A stretch of 64,000 bases of DNA from an uncultured Planctomicrobium sp. (GTDB lineage: Bacteria; Planctomycetota; Planctomycetia; Planctomycetales; Planctomycetaceae). The stretch spans positions 27,446-91,445 of the forward strand of contig CALFTD010000318.1 in assembly GCA_937916275.1 (NCBI GenBank), written 5' to 3'. Below are positions 58,053 to 64,000 of this stretch, one piece after another. The notes under the pieces are model-generated. The model worked only from the letters and a program-made list of their open reading frames with translations. It was not told where the DNA came from and searched no databases. The position numbers and the translations under genes were made by a program. Position 1 is the stretch's first letter, and every line of letters starts with the position of its first letter.

Positions 58053-58646
58053 ATGTTTGGTGACTGGATTTACTACCCTGCAATAATTCTACTGCTGGTC
58101 GCAAATCTCGCCAGCTGGGCAGGGAATTTCTATCGCCTCCAAGGAAACTGGCTCATCGTCGCCAATTCAACACTCTTCCTATGCCTGTTGCCTCCCACTG
58201 AATCAGGGTTAGGAGTCAGTTGGTTCTCGATTTGCCTCATCATTGCACTCGCGGTTCTAGGTGATGCGTTCAATTACGCTTCCAAAAGGCATCAAATTTT
58301 CTCCGCTGAAGCGAATCCACCTGTCAGACAACGAGTCTTAGTCGGTGCAGGAATTGGCAGTTTGACCTGTGTACTCGCAGGCATGAGTGTCCCTATTATT
58401 GGATCGCTGCTTGCTGTGATCGGCGCCGTTGGTGGAGCAGCTGGAGGAGCATGGTTGGGGGCTGTTATTTCTCCTTATCAGCAATCTTTTCACACTGAAC
58501 TGAGTAAAACCTCTCCGTTAACGAGTTCTCAACCTGCCCACAAACGACTCTCTCGTTTTTTGACCGACCAACAGATTCGTTTGATTCCTAAGCTGCTCGC
58601 TGGGTTCATGATGATGATCGTGATTGCCTATTCCTCTCTTTTTTGA
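58053..58646 (+). CDS. hypothetical membrane protein (DUF456-like)
   Basis: 197-aa ATG-initiated ORF with 4-5 hydrophobic segments. The family assignment is tentative. Confidence 0.4.
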   Translation: MFGDWIYYPAIILLLVANLASWAGNFYRLQGNWLIVANSTLFLCLLPPTESGLGVSWFSICLIIALAVLGDAFNYASKRHQIFSAEANPPVRQRVLVGAGIGSLTCVLAGMSVPIIGSLLAVIGAVGGAAGGAWLGAVISPYQQSFHTELSKTSPLTSSQPAHKRLSRFLTDQQIRLIPKLLAGFMMMIVIAYSSLF

Positions 58647-58660
58647 TGATTCAGTCGACA

Positions 58661-58692
58661 TTTTCGGGACAATCGTTTCATCATTCTCAGTC
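58661..58692 (-). repeat. solo word array (region H)
   Basis: ttttcgggacaatcgtttcatcattctcagtc shares gacaatc(c)gtttcatc with D2' and the word set actgag/atgaaacg with region F. Confidence 0.65.
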
Positions 58693-58857
58693 TTTTGTAT
58701 GGAGAGTGCTGACTTAGAGAACTTTAATGGAATCCTTTGCATTTTCTGAAAAATTAGCGATGATTGTTTGTTCAATATACCTCACGCATCTCACCCACAT
58801 TACCAACCAGCTCGATGCGATGATTCCTTCCAGAATATTTTCGGAGTAGAAATCAAG

Positions 58858-59598
58858 ATGAGATTCGCCCTACTTGCCTTGTTGGCTTTCACTTCGGTCA
58901 ATGTATGTTCTTCAGTCGAAGCCGGTCGTCGACTCGCTCGAATTACTAACAACAACTGTGTACCAGCGACTGTCAAATGCCAGACCAGTTGCGTTCCGCA
59001 ACAGTCGGGAGCCTCTTTCGATCTGACAGCCAAGCATCTCTATGAAGCCCGTGAAAGCGAAAAGCAACTCAAAGCAACGGTTGCCATTTCGAATGCAGAG
59101 TTAGAAATTTTGAAAGCACAACTTGCTTCTCTTCAGAATGCTAACAAGAAGCTAAAAAAGAACCTTGCTGACTCAAAGAACCAAGTTGAAAGTCAGAAGA
59201 AGGAAATTGCTGGATTAAAATCAGCTTCCGAGCAACAAGCGAAAGCACTCGCTGCCGAGAAAGAAAAGAGTGACAAAGCCAAAGCTGCGGCAATTCTAGC
59301 GAAGGCTGAAGCCGAGAAGGGAGCCGCTCTTGCTCAAAAGCAGAAGCAGCTTGCTGAAGCGAGTCAAAAGGAAGCCGCACAACAATTGGCTGCCGCGAAA
59401 AAGCAACTGGACCTCGCCAATAAAAACGAAGAACAAGCCAAAAAGAATTCCGCCCAGTTGCAGCAACAAGTTCAAGCACTGAAGCTAGCTGCGATGAAGG
59501 CTGAAGAAGCTAAAGTTGACGAACCGGAAGCTGACCAAGAAGCAGATGGAAACGATCTTCCACCTTCGCCTGAAACACCGGAAGAAACAGTAAACTAA
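58858..59598 (+). CDS. hypothetical secreted coiled-coil protein (A/K/E/Q-rich)
   Basis: The ATG at 58858 is preceded by GGAG and gives the signal MRFALLALLAFTSVNVCSSVEA. A long heptad-like A/K/E/Q region follows. The ORF-track start at 58768 is probably upstream of the true start. Confidence 0.5.
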   Translation: MRFALLALLAFTSVNVCSSVEAGRRLARITNNNCVPATVKCQTSCVPQQSGASFDLTAKHLYEARESEKQLKATVAISNAELEILKAQLASLQNANKKLKKNLADSKNQVESQKKEIAGLKSASEQQAKALAAEKEKSDKAKAAAILAKAEAEKGAALAQKQKQLAEASQKEAAQQLAAAKKQLDLANKNEEQAKKNSAQLQQQVQALKLAAMKAEEAKVDEPEADQEADGNDLPPSPETPEETVN

Positions 59599-59637
59599 CT
59601 CTTTAGTTACTCAAGAAACCTATTCTACTCAATCATT

Positions 59638-59670
59638 AAAACCCGCTCTTCTTTGGGACAGCGGGTTTTT
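59638..59670 (+). terminator. Rho-independent terminator
   Basis: The core stem is acccgct/agcgggt, extended by A-T pairs, with a 12-nt loop and a T5 tail. It begins 40 nt after the stop at 59596-98. Confidence 0.75.
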
Positions 59671-59803
59671 CGCTGCGCTGTCGGCAATCAATCTCGATTC
59701 AATGTTTGAGTTTCGTCGATCTAATTAAAACAGACTTGAATCGGTTTGGTACCCATGCTGCCGATACTCAACCTGCTTTGAATCGAAAAAAGATCGCAGT
59801 CAT

Positions 59804-60751
59804 ATGCCTCCACGTCGGCGACCAACGAAAAAGTCTGGATCCTCAGAGATTCACCATCTTCATCCCAACCAGTTTTTAGAGTCATTTCTCTCTTATCTGG
59901 AGGCGGAATGTGGCATGTCGTTGAATACCGTCAAAGCTTATCGAAATGATGTTGAGCAATTCATCAGCTGGATGAACGAGGCAAATGTAGGTTCCGTTTT
60001 GGATGTGGACCTGGGAGTTTTGTCACAGTTTCTGGGATCGCTCCACGAAAGAGAACTGAAGGCGACCACAATTTCCCGTCGACTTGTCGCTTTGAAAATG
60101 TTCTTTCGCTATCTCGTATTAGAAGGCGTCGTCGCAGAGAGTAGCGTCGAGTTGATGTCTTCTCCAAAACTTTGGCAGTACTTGCCCACCGTGCTCAGTC
60201 CTGAAATGGTCGACCGCTTGCTGGAAGCTCCGACATGGGAAGACAGTTTCCCCAAGCGAGATCGTGCGATACTTGCAATCCTCTATGCAACAGGTTGCCG
60301 AGCGTCAGAGGTGAGCGGAATGCGACTTAGGGATATCCGCCTGGAAGAGAACTACTGTCGTTGCCTGGGGAAAGGAAACAAAGAACGGATCGTCAATCTG
60401 AATCCGTTCGCAAAGAAGACGATCGAAACCTTCCTGGAGAAAGAACGTCCCAAGCTGCTCCGCAATAGGGAAAGTGAATACCTCTTTCTGACGAGAACAG
60501 GTCGATCTATTAGTCGCATCATGGTCTGGCAAGTCGTTAAGAAATACGCTGCCCGAATCGGGTGCAGCGACAAAATTAGCCCACACACACTCCGGCATAG
60601 TTTCGCCACTCACATGCTCGCTGGTGGAGCGGAAATTCGGGCGTTACAAGAAATGCTGGGGCATGCCAGTATTCGTACAACTCAAATCTACACTCAAGTT
60701 GAACATAGTCGTTTGAAGTCGATCCATTCGAGTTGTCATCCGCGCGGATGA
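59804..60751 (+). CDS. xerD: tyrosine site-specific recombinase XerD
   Basis: 315-aa ORF with N-terminal SAM-like domain and catalytic motifs ATGCRASE, HTLRHSFATHML and LGHASIRTTQIYT. Confidence 0.85.
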   Translation: MPPRRRPTKKSGSSEIHHLHPNQFLESFLSYLEAECGMSLNTVKAYRNDVEQFISWMNEANVGSVLDVDLGVLSQFLGSLHERELKATTISRRLVALKMFFRYLVLEGVVAESSVELMSSPKLWQYLPTVLSPEMVDRLLEAPTWEDSFPKRDRAILAILYATGCRASEVSGMRLRDIRLEENYCRCLGKGNKERIVNLNPFAKKTIETFLEKERPKLLRNRESEYLFLTRTGRSISRIMVWQVVKKYAARIGCSDKISPHTLRHSFATHMLAGGAEIRALQEMLGHASIRTTQIYTQVEHSRLKSIHSSCHPRG

Positions 60752-60754
60752 GAT

Positions 60755-60787
60755 GTGATGCCGGACACTTTAAGTGTCCGGCAAAAC
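60755..60787. repeat. GTTTAGC-type hairpin, CCGGACAC subfamily, between convergent genes
   Basis: gtgatgccggacac-tttaa-gtgtccggcaaaac has a 9-bp perfect core identical to the copies at 19619 and 44065. Confidence 0.8.
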
Positions 60788-60794
60788 GACGAAT

Positions 60795-62654
60795 TTACTT
60801 GAGTAGATAATCTAAGCGTCTCTTTACAGTATCGTTTTTCAGAACTTCTTTAGCGAAATCTTCTCTATTGAGTTCAAATTCATAACGAGGCTCGCTGTCT
60901 CGCAACAAGACCAGTGAATTCAAAATCAATCCGGTCTCAATACCCGACTTTGAATCCTTCAAGGCTTGCTTGAAAACAGCCTGCGGCTTAGCTGCCGAGA
61001 TGAGTGCCAGAAACTCCGCTGCGCGTATGCGAACAAGCGGTTCCGGATCTTGCTGAGTGATGGCACTTGCCCGCAAAGCAAACTCTTGAGCTTCCTTGCC
61101 GAAACTGCTGCACACAATCAATCCCCAATATCGAATCCAGGGATCTTTCGACTGAAGAGCTTTCTCAATAGCAACCTTTGCGTTTTCAAACGGAAGCAGA
61201 CTCAAGTCAGCGACTTTGACCAGCAAGGCAATCTCCTCTTGATGTTCTTTTCCAAACTCGACAGGCGCAGTGAACGCTTCCTCCGCGAGTACGCTTTCGG
61301 GATAAAAGCTAAGATCAGGCAGTTCAGCTACAAAGCTTGATAGCTCATCTCGCAGCTCTTTTAATGTTTCGGCATGTTCAGGATCGTTGGCCAGATTCTT
61401 GACTTCGTGTGGATCAGCTTCGACGTCGTACAATTCCTCAGCACCACGAGATTCAAAGAAATGACTTTGTGCTTCGTTCAGCTTCCCAGCTTCGTAGAGT
61501 TCTCTCCATTCCTGAAAAGCGAGCATTCGATAACGGTAGTTGTTTTGCAAACCATCAACATTGAAAGGTTGATAGTTGCGAATATATTCGTAACGACCTT
61601 TCCGCCAAGTTCGGACAAGATCATATTTCTCATCAAATCTATCAGCGTATCCGAAGACGGTGTTGCGTTGATTGACTTCCGATGATTGAACACCCTTGCC
61701 CAGGAAAGGTTTCCCATCGACCTGTTTAGGAACTTTAAGACCCGCAAGTTTCAGGGCAGTTGGACCGAAGTCGATAAAACTGACGAAGCCTTCCTGTCGG
61801 CTTCCCAGTTCCGCATCGACCAAGTGTTTGAATTTTTCCGGGACTCGAACTACAAGCGGGACATGCAAACCACTTTCATAGGCGTAACCTTTTCCCCTTG
61901 GTAAGACCCCTCCATGGTCGCCGAAGTAGAAAATGAAGGTCTCTTCGAGTAAGCCATCTTTCTCTAGTTGATCAACAACTTGCCCGATCTGCTGGTCAAC
62001 TTTTTTAATGTTGTCCCGGTAGCGAGCATTGGTGTAACGGAATGTTTCTGTATCTGGATGGTAAGGTGCAACGAATACTTTCTCCGGATCAGTCTCAGTT
62101 TTTTGTTTCTCCATTTGCTCACTAGAGAAGTGCAGCGAACTTTCATGAGTTGTACCGAAACTTTGTTTGTAAAAGAACGGTTGGTTCGGCTCACGGTTTC
62201 TCCAACTCGCTTTCTTTGAAGAGTTGTCCCAGACTCCTTTGCCTTCGATGGCGTTGTAGTCTTTCTTGCTGTTGTTCGCTGTGTAATAGCCGGCATCACG
62301 CAGATATGCCGGGAACATTTTCAATCCCGGTGGCATTGGGACCATGACCGATCGACGGTGATATTGAGTTCCGATGCGGGGACCGTAACAACCGGTAATC
62401 AATGTCGTGCGTGCGACACTACAAACGGGAGCATTTGAAAACGCGTGGTCGTAAATGAGACCATGTTCTGCGAGTTCTTCAATATGAGGCGTCTCTGCAC
62501 CGTGTTCATCGAACATCTTTAAATAGTGATGAGAATTGTCTTCTGAAATCAGCCAAACGATATTCGGTTGGTCGGCAGCTTCAATGAATTGTGATACAGA
62601 AAGAATCGCGAAGCCGACGTAGAGTAAGAGAGTGCGAGTCATTAAATTTGCCAT
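60795..62654 (-). CDS. sulfatase-family protein fused to a C-terminal HEAT/ARM-like helical repeat region
   Basis: The ATG at 62652-62654 gives the signal MANLMTRTLLLYVGFAILSV. It has PNIVWLISEDN and active-site context APVCSVARTTLITG. The C-terminal roughly 170 aa are helical repeats (DPWIRYWGLIV.., EPLVRIRAAEFLA). Confidence 0.8.
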   Translation of the reverse strand: MANLMTRTLLLYVGFAILSVSQFIEAADQPNIVWLISEDNSHHYLKMFDEHGAETPHIEELAEHGLIYDHAFSNAPVCSVARTTLITGCYGPRIGTQYHRRSVMVPMPPGLKMFPAYLRDAGYYTANNSKKDYNAIEGKGVWDNSSKKASWRNREPNQPFFYKQSFGTTHESSLHFSSEQMEKQKTETDPEKVFVAPYHPDTETFRYTNARYRDNIKKVDQQIGQVVDQLEKDGLLEETFIFYFGDHGGVLPRGKGYAYESGLHVPLVVRVPEKFKHLVDAELGSRQEGFVSFIDFGPTALKLAGLKVPKQVDGKPFLGKGVQSSEVNQRNTVFGYADRFDEKYDLVRTWRKGRYEYIRNYQPFNVDGLQNNYRYRMLAFQEWRELYEAGKLNEAQSHFFESRGAEELYDVEADPHEVKNLANDPEHAETLKELRDELSSFVAELPDLSFYPESVLAEEAFTAPVEFGKEHQEEIALLVKVADLSLLPFENAKVAIEKALQSKDPWIRYWGLIVCSSFGKEAQEFALRASAITQQDPEPLVRIRAAEFLALISAAKPQAVFKQALKDSKSGIETGLILNSLVLLRDSEPRYEFELNREDFAKEVLKNDTVKRRLDYLLK

Positions 62655-62818
62655 AGAGTCAGAAATGGTTTGAATCTTATTCACATCTTGCAAAGATCGC
62701 TCGCTGGAAGCAACTGAACTAGAGTGAAGAAGTGGGATGTGTTTTGGACATACGCGAGACTGGGGATGTCGTACTCTTTGGTTTATAACCGTTCAAAGGC
62801 CGAAAGTTCGACGGTCTC

Positions 62819-62936
62819 TTAACCACGAAAATCACGAACCACACGAAAAAAAACATAATGAAATAGACATGTTCAGCGGTGCAAGCAGCTTTGCCTGCCG
62901 CGACACTCTTTTCGTGTCATTTGTGTATTTCGTGAC
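62819..62936. repeat. intergenic repeat region C: inverted pair of CACGAAA-type arrays
   Basis: C1 62819-62853 ttaaccacgaaaatcacgaaccacacgaaaaaaaa pairs with C1' 62907-62936 (rc gtcacgaaatacacaaatgacacgaaaaga). C1' rc matches B2 at 25 of 26 positions. Confidence 0.8.
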
Positions 62937-63059
62937 TAGGCAATAGTGTCAATGTCGTAAACTCTTACCTTCCTCTGCGGTGATTCAATATTTAGAATTT
63001 TTGGAATTACATATAGTGGGAAGGCTCAAAGTGATTCACAAAAAGTAAACCTACAAAAC

Positions 63060-63111
63060 TCCTCTGCTCTCTCTGCTTCCTTCTGTTCAATGTTTTTTCA
63101 TGAACGGTTAC
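63060..63111 (+). repeat. 52-bp module shared with region A (38266-38317)
   Basis: tcctctgctctctctgcttccttctgttcaat...tgaacggttac compares with region A tcctctgctctctctgattcctcctgtttaat...tgaacggttac. That is 29 of 32 positions plus an identical 11-mer at the same 41-nt offset. Confidence 0.8.
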
Positions 63112-63224
63112 TTTGATTCTTTCTTTCGTTCCATCACAATAATAATTGTGGTGATCCACAAGGTTAGTCAAGTCTCTTGTTAGCAGTCGTTAACACGGCA
63201 GTTTAGAGAAGAGGTCTTTCATCC

Positions 63225-64000
63225 ATGCGAATTAATAACAAGCGAATTGAAACCATGACACGTATATTTCTGATGCTTTTGCTAATCCCGTTTACGAGTT
63301 CAATCTTCGCTGAAGATCGGATTCCCGTGAAACATCTTATTGATACTCATATCCATCTCTTTGATACTCGTAGAGATATCGAAATGGCTTGGCCGAGTAA
63401 GGATGATAAAGTTCTCTTTAAGCCTCATTTGGCGCCCGAATATTCCAAACTCGCGAAGGCGTCTGGAGTCACTGGAGTGGTCATTGTTGAGGCGAGTGAT
63501 CACTTGGAAGACAATCAATGGGTTCTTGATGAGGTCGATGGAGACGAGTTTTATCTCGGTCTCGTTGGCAACATTGATGTCTATCGTAAAGACTTCGAAC
63601 AACAACTTTTGCGGTTCAAGAAGGACAAACGATTTGTCGGTGTGCGACCAAGAGGCGCAAAAACAATTGACTTCAAAGATAGCCTTGTCCTGGATAATCT
63701 CAGGCTCTTGGCAAAGCATAATCTGACTATGGATTATCTAACAAATGGTGGCGGTATCGCTGGAATTCAGATTGTCGACGGCGTGGCGCAGGCAATTCCA
63801 AATCTTCAAATTGTTGTCAATCATTGCCTTGGTTATGACTTCGACGGAAAGGCTCCGAATAAAAAATGGAAGGCAGCCGTTAAAAGTTTGGCAAAGAATA
63901 AGAACGTCTATTGCAAAATCTCCGGTCTTTACCAACGCTCAATTCCTCAACCCGCACCTCAAAATATTGATCACTATCAATCTGTACTTGAGGTGCTCTG
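63225..64000 (+). CDS. amidohydrolase-2 family (metal-dependent TIM-barrel hydrolase) protein, 3' end outside window
   Basis: The frame opens at ATG 63225 (alternative ATG 63255) and runs to the window edge, so it is absent from the ORF track. It has a signal-like MTRIFLMLLLIPFTSSIFA and then the IDTHIHLFD metal-binding start typical of Amidohydro_2. Confidence 0.65.
   Translation, partial: MRINNKRIETMTRIFLMLLLIPFTSSIFAEDRIPVKHLIDTHIHLFDTRRDIEMAWPSKDDKVLFKPHLAPEYSKLAKASGVTGVVIVEASDHLEDNQWVLDEVDGDEFYLGLVGNIDVYRKDFEQQLLRFKKDKRFVGVRPRGAKTIDFKDSLVLDNLRLLAKHNLTMDYLTNGGGIAGIQIVDGVAQAIPNLQIVVNHCLGYDFDGKAPNKKWKAAVKSLAKNKNVYCKISGLYQRSIPQPAPQNIDHYQSVLEVL

Noticed and set aside
60755-60787. Hairpin next to xerD as a possible dif site
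   Set aside because: It is one member of the dispersed GTTTAGC/CCGGACAC hairpin family and lacks the dif-like architecture of two 11-bp arms with a 6-bp AT-rich centre.
63300-63726. ORFs 63300-63719 (minus) and 63340-63726 (plus) from the track
   Set aside because: A different plus-strand frame, open from ATG 63225 to the window end, encodes an amidohydrolase-2-like protein (IDTHIHLFD). The track ORFs are overlapping shadows.

Overview
This is a 64-kb chromosomal segment, probably from a member of the Planctomycetota. That assignment is an inference from gene content only: a DUF1549/DUF1553 PSD-type protein, two sulfatases, Tat-signal Gfo/Idh/MocA and xylose-isomerase-like TIM proteins, several FHA-domain signalling proteins, and the HPD-less J-like WLGIP..PPDHYELL module. 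I call 49 protein-coding genes, two of them partial at the window edges and therefore missing from the ORF track. Most are housekeeping or metabolic: ppk1, proA, lysC, rpsD, mutY, xerD, rluD, tsaB, tsaE, a Mo-hydroxylase large subunit, a nitrilase-family hydrolase, aldehyde and 2-hydroxyacid dehydrogenases, and sulfatases. I saw no rRNA, tRNA, CRISPR array, transposase, phage gene or recognisable defence gene. Several ORF-track starts are TTG or GTG extensions, and I moved those to the first plausible ATG. Four things stand out. (1) A co-directional five-gene cluster at 2893-10729 contains FHA-GAF-PP2C, a lidless Hsp70, an HPD-less J-like/T2SSE_N membrane protein, an FHA-GAF-histidine kinase and a Zn-ribbon membrane protein; this is my best candidate for an undescribed signalling/chaperone system. 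(2) At least seven intergenic regions carry arrays of short CACGGAG/CACGAAA/CACAGAT-type words, mostly spaced about 9 bp apart. They are often arranged as nested inverted pairs, and modules are shared between loci. (3) Nine stop-codon-proximal palindromic hairpins share a conserved GTTTAGC...GCTAAAC outer stem and have co-varying inner stems. (4) Other repeats include two 200-bp REPIN-like elements bracketing a DoxX-nitrilase cassette, a 305-bp MITE-like long palindrome, an exactly conserved 27-mer at two loci, and a C11 homopolymer. All functional calls come from reading motifs by eye; no database search was run.
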